Positions 51,123 through 60,131 of a DNA stretch of 64,000 bases are shown here, piece by piece; within the stretch, counting starts at the first letter, position 1, and every line of letters starts with the position of its first letter. The stretch is from a virus (taxonomy: Duplodnaviria > Caudoviricetes): the IMG/VR virus record IMGVR_UViG_3300033073_001153, positions 32,001-96,000 of that record; one strand, written 5' to 3'. Below the pieces are notes generated by a model. The model did no database searches and had not been told where the DNA came from. It saw nothing but the letters and a program-made list of their open reading frames with translations. The position numbers were made by a program, and so were the translations under genes.

Positions 51123-51146
51123 ACAGATATTTAGTTAAATACTCTT

Positions 51147-51512
51147 ATGAATATTAGTAATTATCATTTAGGAGATGTTTATCAGCAAAAAGTATTGTTG
51201 CGTGAATTTAATAGTCCTGTGAATGATACTAGAAATTCATATGAAGTTACCGCTTCTATGAATGGTCCCGGTAAAGGACCAACTACAGGAGCTACAGATA
51301 CCAGTCCAAATAATTTTGATAGTAAAGTAATGTTTCCAAAAGATCAAGAAATTTCCAACGAAATGAAGAAAAATATGTTGATTAAATTTCTACAAGACGA
51401 AATAGACAACGGCAATTTCAATCAAGAAACAAAAAACAAATTCGAAGACTTACTCAGTCATTTGCTCAGTACAAACTCCGCAGAAGAAATTAAGAAAAAG
51501 AAGAAAAAATAA
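51147..51512 (+). CDS. Hypothetical protein
   Basis: TAAATA-N5-ATG; VLLRE leader. Confidence 0.6.
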   Translation: MNISNYHLGDVYQQKVLLREFNSPVNDTRNSYEVTASMNGPGKGPTTGATDTSPNNFDSKVMFPKDQEISNEMKKNMLIKFLQDEIDNGNFNQETKNKFEDLLSHLLSTNSAEEIKKKKKK

Positions 51513-51821
51513 TTATTCTTTGTCTATTTCTTTATCTATTAAGATAGTTAAGGAATGAATTAAACTTAACATGCTGTCAGCTATCCAACATAGTGCTGAA
51601 GAAGAAAAGGGATACCATACGAGTTCAATACCGAATCCTTCGATACTATAAAGAAATGGTATCATACTGAGTCCAACCCAGAATCCCATACATAAACAAC
51701 ACTTGTATAGTTTTTTTAGAATCGGAAAAACTTCTGAAGTTTTTTGTCGGAAACTTTCTAAAATAGATCCGTGTTTTAAAATTAAACACAATCCTATACT
51801 ACTGATCCAATAAAATATCAT
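51513..51821 (-). CDS. Small membrane protein with CxxC (DUF1360-like)
   Basis: L.KCCLCMGFWVG; hydrophobic helices. Confidence 0.6.
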   Translation of the reverse strand: MIFYWISSIGLCLILKHGSILESFRQKTSEVFPILKKLYKCCLCMGFWVGLSMIPFLYSIEGFGIELVWYPFSSSALCWIADSMLSLIHSLTILIDKEIDKE

Positions 51822-51822
51822 A

Positions 51823-52410
51823 TTATAAATTTACTTTTTTGTATACTACATCTTCTGAATTTGTATACTTTCCATAAGGAAGAGAAACCAAAATGTTTTC
51901 GTTATCTAGTGAAAATATAGGATCTCCATCTACTGTAACATGAGTTAAACTCACATTTTTTCCATTTGAAAATCCTAAAACCAAATCTGAAATAATATCA
52001 TCCATTAATTTTCTATTAACTGATAGACTTTTTAATTGTTCACTTTCATTTTTGTTTTCATCTATTTCAGAACGCAAAATGCTCATTCTAGAAATAATTT
52101 CATGTCTTTCTTCTTTTGACAATTCTTTTATATTTCTTTTTTCTGGTACGTCAATTTCCACCGAACTTTCTTCTTCACCGTAGGTTTCTGTATACTCTGG
52201 TTCTGAAAAATCATTAGGTTCTCTTTCAGATGATGGAATATATTCTTTTCTACTTTGCGGAATTGGAGACTTTTTGAAATGCCTACCTTTGTATCTACCA
52301 AATTTACTTCCTTCGAGATCACCAAAATCATTTTCAGGATTTATATTGATTTCTAATAATACCTTTTTTAGGTATATATTAGATAAATTTGATAAATCTT
52401 TCTTATTCAT
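51823..52410 (-). CDS. Hypothetical protein
   Basis: ORF with KKVLLE leader. Confidence 0.55.
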   Translation of the reverse strand: MNKKDLSNLSNIYLKKVLLEININPENDFGDLEGSKFGRYKGRHFKKSPIPQSRKEYIPSSEREPNDFSEPEYTETYGEEESSVEIDVPEKRNIKELSKEERHEIISRMSILRSEIDENKNESEQLKSLSVNRKLMDDIISDLVLGFSNGKNVSLTHVTVDGDPIFSLDNENILVSLPYGKYTNSEDVVYKKVNL

Positions 52411-52419
52411 TTTTATCAA

Positions 52420-52611
52420 TTATTCATCTAAATTATCTTTAAGAAAGTTTTTTAATAATACTAATTCTTCTTTTGTTAAAATTACTTTACCATTATAATC
52501 ATCTGTAATTGTAAAATTGTTGTCATCTGTTTCCATTAATACAGGACAACAGGTTCTGTTACTGCACATGGTATACTTAATTTTTTCTTGACTCTTTTTA
52601 GAAGTACTCAT
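52420..52611 (-). CDS. Small Cys-containing hypothetical protein
   Basis: C...CCP, ITDDYNGKV pattern. Confidence 0.55.
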   Translation of the reverse strand: MSTSKKSQEKIKYTMCSNRTCCPVLMETDDNNFTITDDYNGKVILTKEELVLLKNFLKDNLDE

Positions 52612-52689
52612 ATAATGATATTTATCAAATTTGTAATAAATTAATAAAAAAATTTTTATTAAAAATATATAGTTTTAATAAATATTATT

Positions 52690-52983
52690 ATGCCTTTTTA
52701 TAATAGAAACATTTGCAAAACCTTTAAATTGACTTGTAATGGTTCTATGCAAAATTTATCAGCAGTTTTAGGATCACAAGAATGTACCGAAGTAGTTGTT
52801 AGGTCTAGAACTACTGTTGAAATATATGATCCAATGAATCCAACCGTAGGATTTCAAGTAGTTAATGGAGAAGAAATGACGTTTCGCGGTTTAACAAATA
52901 TTTCTGAATTAAGTGCAAATGGTACTAATGGCGGAATAGTTTATTTAAGAACACAGTATTACGGTACTACTCCGGGAGTATAA
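52690..52983 (+). CDS. Small beta-rich putative structural protein
   Basis: TAAATA-N5-ATG. Confidence 0.55.
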   Translation: MPFYNRNICKTFKLTCNGSMQNLSAVLGSQECTEVVVRSRTTVEIYDPMNPTVGFQVVNGEEMTFRGLTNISELSANGTNGGIVYLRTQYYGTTPGV

Positions 52984-52986
52984 TAA

Positions 52987-53478
52987 TTATAAAAAAGATT
53001 TTAATTGAGAATATTTCATATTCCAACAATCTGCTCTAACTACAAATCCATTAGATCCATCGATATCTCCTTTTTTTAGGAATCTTGCATCTTTGAAATA
53101 TTTTTCTTTTTCGTAAAATCCCATTACATATACACATTCTGGACGAATACTTTCTTTCTTCCACAAGACACGAGTAAACACATAATAATCACATTTTTGA
53201 CGTGTATTATAATCTGCTACACTACATTCGTAATCAAGTGAAGGAATGACCGTAGTTTGTTTAGATTTAATATCATATGTTTTACTATTATGAATTAAAT
53301 CGTAATCATATGTATTAGATATAACTGAACCTTCTAATATAGATTGTACTGTATACTCTCCTATAAATCCTACTAAATTACCTTTTCCATTACGGATAGA
53401 ATTTTTCAATTCTCCCATACTTTTTGACTTTAATATAGAATTGTATATAATATTATTATCTATATCTATTTTAATCAC
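52987..53478 (-). CDS. PD-(D/E)xK-like nuclease-fold protein
   Basis: G.IGE...YDYD......DIKSK; TTGACA-17-TACACT promoter upstream. Confidence 0.55.
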   Translation of the reverse strand: MIKIDIDNNIIYNSILKSKSMGELKNSIRNGKGNLVGFIGEYTVQSILEGSVISNTYDYDLIHNSKTYDIKSKQTTVIPSLDYECSVADYNTRQKCDYYVFTRVLWKKESIRPECVYVMGFYEKEKYFKDARFLKKGDIDGSNGFVVRADCWNMKYSQLKSFL

Positions 53479-53519
53479 TTATAAAGTGTAATAGATATTT
53501 TTTGAACTGTCAATAAAAA

Positions 53520-54404
53520 TTAATATCTTTCTCGGTTTCTATAGAACGCATCCTTAGCTATATCTTCTAAAGATTTTTTAGTTTTTCTTTGATATTCTGA
53601 TAACTTATGAAGTGCTCTTTGAGTCTTAGGACGCATACGCCTCATTTCATTATGTATATCTGTGTTTATTGTACTAAACAATTCTTGCCAATTCCAATTA
53701 CGTTCTAAACGATTTTTAGTTTTTTCTTCAATTTCTGCATTTGGATCAAGTAACCAGTTTATTGTTTCTACGAATCTATCTTCTTGATCTAGTGTGTATT
53801 CTCGTTCTCTCATACTTCTTAATTCGTATTGATGGGTATCTTCTAGCTTGTGCGCTTTTTCTCTACGAAGAACTTGGAAATCATTTATATTATTATAAAC
53901 ATAATATTCAACTCCAGATTGAGCAATCATATTAATATGATCAATCTTCATCTCGTGTCGTTTTTTATCTTCTTCATCTAAAGGCGGAACATATATATGA
54001 ATAGCTATTATATATTTTTTGGCATTTGTTATCTTATGATCTCTTGATAATATTCTCTCTTCGGTTTCGTCCATTGATGTAGTTCCCCAATAATTAACTG
54101 GAACTATTTTATAATTATCAGATACCTTAGATGCATCTAATTCTATTACACAGTGAAAAGTTTTTGAGTAATATTTTCCTTCAGAACCAGTGCCATAACG
54201 TCCACGAGCAATTGATGAAGTACTAAGAAAGAAGTTACGTTTATAATTTGGATTAGCACGAGCATCGGCTCCTTTACCATAAGTTAATTCAAATTTATTT
54301 TCAGATACTATTTTAGCAGCTTTAAATACATCAGTATAATGATACAATCTCCGAAGGGGAGAAGTGCCTTCTAGTAATTTCTGAACCAATTCGTCGAACT
54401 TCAT
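53520..54404 (-). CDS. ADP-ribosyltransferase-like protein
   Basis: LYHYT, FFLSTS, ETEERI (H...STS...ExE); MKFDELVQKLLE leader. Confidence 0.5.
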   Translation of the reverse strand: MKFDELVQKLLEGTSPLRRLYHYTDVFKAAKIVSENKFELTYGKGADARANPNYKRNFFLSTSSIARGRYGTGSEGKYYSKTFHCVIELDASKVSDNYKIVPVNYWGTTSMDETEERILSRDHKITNAKKYIIAIHIYVPPLDEEDKKRHEMKIDHINMIAQSGVEYYVYNNINDFQVLRREKAHKLEDTHQYELRSMREREYTLDQEDRFVETINWLLDPNAEIEEKTKNRLERNWNWQELFSTINTDIHNEMRRMRPKTQRALHKLSEYQRKTKKSLEDIAKDAFYRNRERY

Positions 54405-54412
54405 TATAGTAT

Positions 54413-54664
54413 TTACTTTTTCTTCTTAGACCAAGTTATACGTTTGGAACTTTTCTTTTTTCTCTTGGATTCTGAACATTGTGATTTAGTCGGACGACAA
54501 GCTGGATACCCTCTGCGCTTTTCTCCTTTTTGTCTTCCACAAGGTTTTCCAGTTTTACAATCTATCCATCCGCCTTTTTTTCTCATAAACCATCCGTGCA
54601 AACCGTATTTTTTTTCTAGATCGAATTTTTCTAGTAATGTTTGTACTAAATCATCGAAGTTCAT
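54413..54664 (-). CDS. Small basic Cys-containing protein
   Basis: WIDCKTGKPCGR...YPACRP; MNFDDLV..LLE leader. Confidence 0.6.
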   Translation of the reverse strand: MNFDDLVQTLLEKFDLEKKYGLHGWFMRKKGGWIDCKTGKPCGRQKGEKRRGYPACRPTKSQCSESKRKKKSSKRITWSKKKK

Positions 54665-54843
54665 TATTTCTTACCTTTCTTCTTTGATTTGTTACCCCAA
54701 TTCTTGGCACCTTTTTTTCGGCAAGTTACGAGGGCACCGCTTGAATATGCTGATGGAAAAACACGATACCTTGCCTTCACTTTGTGATAACAAGCATCTT
54801 TTTTCTCTTCTAAAATTTTATTTACCAATTCGTCGAACTTCAT
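54664..54843 (-). CDS. Small basic protein (DUF5872-like)
   Basis: KDACYHKVKARY.VFPSAY.SGALV.CRK; ATG 54843 sits 5 nt after TAAATA. Confidence 0.65.
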   Translation of the reverse strand: MKFDELVNKILEEKKDACYHKVKARYRVFPSAYSSGALVTCRKKGAKNWGNKSKKKGKK

Positions 54844-54877
54844 AAGAGTATTTATTATAAAAATATTAAATACTAAA

Positions 54878-55876
54878 ATGAATGACAGAGAACTGATCTG
54901 GGAAAGATATAAGCTGATATCTGAAATACCAGCTAGTTTGGAATTCATGGGCGACGATCCAGAAATAACTAGTAAGCTAGAACCAAATTTTAAACCCGTA
55001 CAGAAAACTAAAAAACCAAGATTTAGCAATAATAGTCTTAATTCTAGAAATGTAGACGTAAATGCATGGACTAGTGAAAAAGCTAGAGAACTAATGAAAT
55101 CCACCGTACAAACTGGTACGGCCAAAGGTTTAGACAAAAGACGACAAGCACAAGGAAAAGCACCTTTAATCTGGAAATTGGTAGATGCTAATCTAGAACA
55201 AGAAATAGAAACTTCTAGATATATTATAAGTAAATCAGATCTTACGGATTTAGTTAATAGTAATCCATCAATAAAACAAAAATTGTCCACTCCAAACGGA
55301 ATTACAGTAATTATGACTCCTTCTGGACAAGCAGAACGATCTGGTATTATGGCATTTTCTAGCTGGATAAGATCACATAAATGCGGTCATGCTATTCTAG
55401 AATATAGAAAAAACGCAGATATAGATAATAATATCAAAAAAGTTTTAAATGATTATTATAAACTTTTTAAAGAATCTTTGTCGCTAATAGGAAATTATAA
55501 ACTTTCTAATCGTTTAAATGATTATCCAATTTTAAAAATTATGGCAGAGAAAGGAACAGCCGAATACGGATATCCAGATCCGCAAAAATATTACAGAGAT
55601 CCGGAAATTTTCTATATGGACTTTTTTACCTTTGGGTCGGCAAGAAATAGAGAATTAATAATAACCGACATAAAAGAAGAATTGGTGGCACAGTTAATGC
55701 AAACCGGTAAAATAACTGTGAATAAAATGATAGATAACATAATCTTAAAAAAGATGAATGATTGGTTTGGTAATATAGATATAGAAAACCTTTTAAATAT
55801 CGAAGAATATATAGCAAATCAAATAGACCAAGCAATAGAAAATTGTATAGGCGAAATACTATATGATGTGGTTTAA
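54878..55876 (+). CDS. Hypothetical protein with MNDRELIWE leader
   Basis: HKCGH...EELVAQ resembles a degenerate zincin motif. Confidence 0.6.
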   Translation: MNDRELIWERYKLISEIPASLEFMGDDPEITSKLEPNFKPVQKTKKPRFSNNSLNSRNVDVNAWTSEKARELMKSTVQTGTAKGLDKRRQAQGKAPLIWKLVDANLEQEIETSRYIISKSDLTDLVNSNPSIKQKLSTPNGITVIMTPSGQAERSGIMAFSSWIRSHKCGHAILEYRKNADIDNNIKKVLNDYYKLFKESLSLIGNYKLSNRLNDYPILKIMAEKGTAEYGYPDPQKYYRDPEIFYMDFFTFGSARNRELIITDIKEELVAQLMQTGKITVNKMIDNIILKKMNDWFGNIDIENLLNIEEYIANQIDQAIENCIGEILYDVV

Positions 55877-55888
55877 TTAAATAATCCT

Positions 55889-57034
55889 ATGAATGACAGA
55901 GAACTGATCTGGGAAGCGTATACTTCTAAGCAACAACTTGATGATATTATTTATCCTGAAGAAGGTCCAACGGGTACTGTGGAATTGACCAAAGAAGAAC
56001 TTATAAATATTCTTAAACAAGAAGGAGGTTTTAGTTATTCGGCGTTTAATAGTTCAGAGCCTATTGAAAACTTAATAAAATTTTGGGAGTCGGAAAAATC
56101 GATTATCCAACAAGGACAACCCGTTCCAAAAGACAGATCTCATATTATTAGGACTAATAAAGGAACTTATATAATTGATTATAAAGCATATTCTACTTTT
56201 TTAGACAATAGTTACATAAAACTTAGTCTTCAAATATATAGAAATAAATTAAAAGAATCAAATAGACTAAGAGAAGAAATGGAAAAATTTAATGAGAGAG
56301 AAAGAAAATTTCCTCAATTATTTCGTCATTTGGATGCTGATGAATTAGCACCTAATCAAGAACCATCTCCACAAATACTTTATCATGCAGGAACTAAAAT
56401 TTTAAAAGTAAAAGATATAGAATTTGACAGAGGAGCACTCGGGTTTCATTTAGGAACCAAAGAACAAATGGAATATATTTCGAAAGGAACTTATAAGAGA
56501 GATTCGGGATTATCTCACAGGCAAATGCAACAGGGAGGAAGATTAAAAATAAGCAAATTTTTGGTATCACCAGTTTGTACAGGAGGTAAATATATTTTAA
56601 GAATAGATACTGATATGCCTTGGGAAGACCCAGTACAATTGTCAGTATATTTGAATTATGTTGGATTATTGAACAGAGAGGATGTGGAACATGCTCTCGA
56701 TGTTTTTGGTTATGTTGATAATAGGGATATGGAAGAAGACATAGGCGATGATTATGATCTAGGAAATATATTATATACCGTATTAGATAAAATACAAAGA
56801 TTTGGATTTGATAGTGATGAATATCATCCTGCTGATGATCTCCCAATTATAACTGAACATTCTGAGTTTTATAAAGATAAACAAGCACTAGGATTTATTA
56901 GAAATTTATTGGTAGAACAGGGATATGCAGGCATAATATATGAAAATGTAGGAGAAGGAACTCATGTTACTTCTGAAGAATCGCAATACTCCCTTTGTAT
57001 ACTAGACAAATGTATATTAAAAGACGTTAAATAA
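55889..57034 (+). CDS. ADP-ribosyltransferase-like protein (ART-PolyVal type)
   Basis: LYHAGT, GFHLGT.EQ, GYAGIIYEN.GEG...SL. Confidence 0.55.
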   Translation: MNDRELIWEAYTSKQQLDDIIYPEEGPTGTVELTKEELINILKQEGGFSYSAFNSSEPIENLIKFWESEKSIIQQGQPVPKDRSHIIRTNKGTYIIDYKAYSTFLDNSYIKLSLQIYRNKLKESNRLREEMEKFNERERKFPQLFRHLDADELAPNQEPSPQILYHAGTKILKVKDIEFDRGALGFHLGTKEQMEYISKGTYKRDSGLSHRQMQQGGRLKISKFLVSPVCTGGKYILRIDTDMPWEDPVQLSVYLNYVGLLNREDVEHALDVFGYVDNRDMEEDIGDDYDLGNILYTVLDKIQRFGFDSDEYHPADDLPIITEHSEFYKDKQALGFIRNLLVEQGYAGIIYENVGEGTHVTSEESQYSLCILDKCILKDVK

Positions 57035-57038
57035 AACT

Positions 57039-57647
57039 ATGAACGACAGAGAAATGATCTGGGAAAGATATATAAACGAAGCATATAATAGAGATTGTAT
57101 AATTTGTATTGATATTCAACCAGCATATGAATCTTATGCCAAAAAGATAATGAATAACTTTGTAAATTTTTTAAATTCATACAAAGGTGAAATATATTAT
57201 TTTTATAATGGATCTGATGTTGGTATAGACGATAACTCATATTCAATATCTGAATGGCTAATGGAATATGGAGTAGAAGAAGAAGTTTTAAATAAAATAG
57301 TTTTTAAAGAAAAGTACTATGCATTTTTTAGAAATTTCATGGATCAAGGAATGGATAGACACGAAATAATTAAAATTATTCGTTATATGGTAATGAACCG
57401 AATAAACGATAGTAGAGATATCGAAGAAGAACAATGGAAAAATATTCTAGGTGAAGAATATAATAATTATGAATATATCATAAATTCTGACAATATACAC
57501 ATACCAGATATTTCTATAGGACATTTAAAAACATTAAATGGATGTTATTTGGCTGGCGGAGGAAGAGACGAATGTTTATCAGAATTCAGATTTTTATTAG
57601 AAGCATTTAATATAAAATACAAACTGATAAAATCATTAATATATTAA
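57039..57647 (+). CDS. Isochorismatase/cysteine hydrolase-like protein
   Basis: ICIDIQP and LAGGGRDECL motifs. Confidence 0.5.
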   Translation: MNDREMIWERYINEAYNRDCIICIDIQPAYESYAKKIMNNFVNFLNSYKGEIYYFYNGSDVGIDDNSYSISEWLMEYGVEEEVLNKIVFKEKYYAFFRNFMDQGMDRHEIIKIIRYMVMNRINDSRDIEEEQWKNILGEEYNNYEYIINSDNIHIPDISIGHLKTLNGCYLAGGGRDECLSEFRFLLEAFNIKYKLIKSLIY

Positions 57648-57853
57648 TAGAGGATTGTATATTAAAAAATCGCTCTTAGTAAAAATCCCCGGAAATTGCA
57701 AAAAAAATTTTGGCAATGCCCCCCTCCCCCCTCCGTCTTGCATCTTACGCATGATGCAAACTAAAATGCTCGGTGTGCATGGCACGGAACTTGTTTTCCA
57801 GAAACTTTAGCAGAAAATAAAAAAAGTTTTTTTGCTAGATGGCATGGTTCCTG

Positions 57854-57889
57854 ATACGGCACCCCCTCCCGTGAAAGGGGGTGCCGTAT
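57854..57889. terminator. Perfect 14-bp GC-rich hairpin ending the early region
   Basis: ATACGGCACCCCCT-N8-AGGGGGTGCCGTAT after the stop of ORF 57911. Confidence 0.55.
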
Positions 57890-57910
57890 TAGCGGAAGTG
57901 TCTGTAGCTA

Positions 57911-58240
57911 TTAGGGTTCGCCTAGTTCGGTAAGGATGACTCGCTTCCAAAAATCCAAAGGCAAAGTGGGTTCTGTTTTGGAAAGTATTGTTGCAAGTCT
58001 TTCGCGGATATGCAGTTCGATTCCAGTAGCGTTGTACCATACCCCGAAGCACCAAGCCATTATGCGTGGTGCTTCGGTTGTCACGGTGAGAGGAATGTTC
58101 CGTTTGTCCTCAGAGAATTTACTCAGAACTTCTCTGAGGAAGTTACGCAAGTGCCTCTCTGCTATAGTGTTTCGGTATGTCTTATTGTTTGCTGTTTGAA
58201 AGTTTGCGTACAGTAGCTGAGATAATTGTTTGATATTCAT
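57911..58240 (-). CDS. Hypothetical early protein
   Basis: ORF with C/A-rich leader and GCCGATAA upstream (58269-58276). Confidence 0.6.
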   Translation of the reverse strand: MNIKQLSQLLYANFQTANNKTYRNTIAERHLRNFLREVLSKFSEDKRNIPLTVTTEAPRIMAWCFGVWYNATGIELHIRERLATILSKTEPTLPLDFWKRVILTELGEP

Positions 58241-58472
58241 AAGGTTGTGTTGGGTAAGTGTGAATCTATTATCGGCGCGAGTTTATATTCTGACTGGAAT
58301 GTTTCCCGTAAGCATGATTGCCTAATGGCGGGACGCTAAGGGGGTTTGTGATGCCCTATGTGGGTAGGGGTGCGGTGGTGATATTGCCGGAGGGGTCGGA
58401 GCCTTTTAAGGGGCCTTTACGCGCAAAGGCGGGGAGGGGGATCGAACTCCCTCCCCGCACTACTTTCCGGTT

Positions 58473-60041
58473 TTACTTGCTTTGACCTTTCAAATACGCC
58501 GCAACGTCCTGCACCTCAACCAAATCCCGCTTGGCGCGGGTTATGGCGACGTAGATCAGATTGTTTTCCTGCACTTTCATCCATTCCTTTTTAGCCCACT
58601 TGCTAGGCATAAAGTCCTCACGTCCAAGCAGGAAGACTCTCTCCCACTCTAAGCCTTTGGACTTGTGAACAGAGCAGAGTGTCAGGAGGTCTTTACGGGT
58701 CGTTTTGTCGTCGGCATTGCTGAACATGCTGTCGATAAGGGACTTGAGGTCATCCACCCTATTCTTTCCCTCAACGTAGCACTTTTCCATGCATGCCCTA
58801 ATGCAATCGACTTTATCCTGAATTACCCCAACAAGTGCGTCGTTCCCTTTGGTTTGTGCTTTCTGAGTCTCACGGTCAAGATAGTCGCTCAGTCGGTTCT
58901 CCAACGCATCCAAGGTTTTAACCTTCCATTTGCCTATCACGTTTAGCAAACCCTGAGCAATGTCCCGTCCCTCAATCCGGCAAGGGATGCCCCTCTTGAT
59001 GAGGGAGAAAGCCGTCCGCATTAGGGGAGCATTAGTCCGACAAAGGATTGCGTCCCGATAGGAAAGATTCAGGGACTCAGGCTTTTCCGCCAAGTCACTG
59101 TAGGGAAGTTGAGTAACGCTTCCGGTCTCGGCATTCGGCGCAGCCTCAATAGTGGGATACCACGTTTGAGCGTGTTTAATCACGCTGGAACTGCACCTAT
59201 AACAAACGGAGAGAGGGAGTTCCACGGCGTTGTGAGCGGCAATGAGATTATCCAAAGCCATTGCATCCGCCCCCGTGAAACCGTAAACGGCTTGCCCCCT
59301 ATCACCCACTTTTAAATGGCGGGTATATTCGTGAGCCAGTGCCTTGCAAACCGCTTGTCTGAGAGGACTTAGGTCTTGGCATTCATCCACAATTACCCAG
59401 TCAAATTTCGGCAACTTATAGTTACGCAAAACTGTCAGGTAAACCATGTCAGAAAAGTCGATTGTCTGACTGTCCTCATTGTTCACTTTCAACGCTTTCT
59501 GAGCAATCTCAATGCACCTATCCATTGAGGCTTCCTCTTCCAACTCAACCTCATGGTGATCCATAAGTCTCTGCCATTGTGAGGACTCGGCAATGGGCCA
59601 GAAAATTCCAGCACCGTCATCTTTGGCTAGTGAAACCAGCTTACTTACTGCACCGGAGTACATTGCGAAGTCCTCTTCTGAGAGGTTATTCTCCAAAATC
59701 ATGCGAACCTTGCGGTTCTCTAACACAATCCGTTTGCCTTTGTTTGCGTTCCGATACGCCCCAAAACAAAGGGCGTGTACGGTGCTACACTCAACGGTGG
59801 TGAGTCCCTCCCGTTTCAGTTTGGAATCCATTTCCAACTGTATTTTCTTATTGAATGCCAACACGATAGCGTTCAACACAACGGACTTACCCTCTTTCGC
59901 AAGGTACTCGACCAGTGCTTTTAAGGTTTGGATAATAACGGTGCTCTTACCGCTACCCGCAACGGCGGACACAACGGCGTTGCCCTTTCCAGTGATTGCC
60001 CAGCTGAACACGGCGGACTGATATTTTGATGGAACGAACAT
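58473..60041 (-). CDS. UvrD/Rep-like SF1 helicase
   Basis: AVAGSGKST, LAFN, VDECQD, VGDRGQAVYGF.GA, YRC, HKSKGLEW, YVAITRA. Confidence 0.93.
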   Translation of the reverse strand: MFVPSKYQSAVFSWAITGKGNAVVSAVAGSGKSTVIIQTLKALVEYLAKEGKSVVLNAIVLAFNKKIQLEMDSKLKREGLTTVECSTVHALCFGAYRNANKGKRIVLENRKVRMILENNLSEEDFAMYSGAVSKLVSLAKDDGAGIFWPIAESSQWQRLMDHHEVELEEEASMDRCIEIAQKALKVNNEDSQTIDFSDMVYLTVLRNYKLPKFDWVIVDECQDLSPLRQAVCKALAHEYTRHLKVGDRGQAVYGFTGADAMALDNLIAAHNAVELPLSVCYRCSSSVIKHAQTWYPTIEAAPNAETGSVTQLPYSDLAEKPESLNLSYRDAILCRTNAPLMRTAFSLIKRGIPCRIEGRDIAQGLLNVIGKWKVKTLDALENRLSDYLDRETQKAQTKGNDALVGVIQDKVDCIRACMEKCYVEGKNRVDDLKSLIDSMFSNADDKTTRKDLLTLCSVHKSKGLEWERVFLLGREDFMPSKWAKKEWMKVQENNLIYVAITRAKRDLVEVQDVAAYLKGQSK

Positions 60042-60131
60042 ATGTTTTTTTTTCTGTTAATGTACTGAACTTCAACCCTTTACGAACTCAGTTCCCTACC
60101 TCGGGACTGCATAAAAGGCTGAAAGCAAAAC

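Noticed and set aside
54844-55290. 208-aa ORF 54664-55290 as listed in the track
   Set aside because: Upstream part is antisense to the 54878 gene; the real start is ATG 54843 with TAAATA-N5 and the shared leader
57600-57900. Prophage/host junction or assembly chimera at the GC shift
   Set aside because: The right side has phage-type small ORFs, no housekeeping genes, integrase or att site, and shares CCWGG avoidance; not fully excluded without reads
59121-59134. 14-nt identity (TCCGGTCTCGGCAT) between the helicase CDS and the leader at 60934
   Set aside because: Same orientation and single short match; could be chance, with no targeting logic evident
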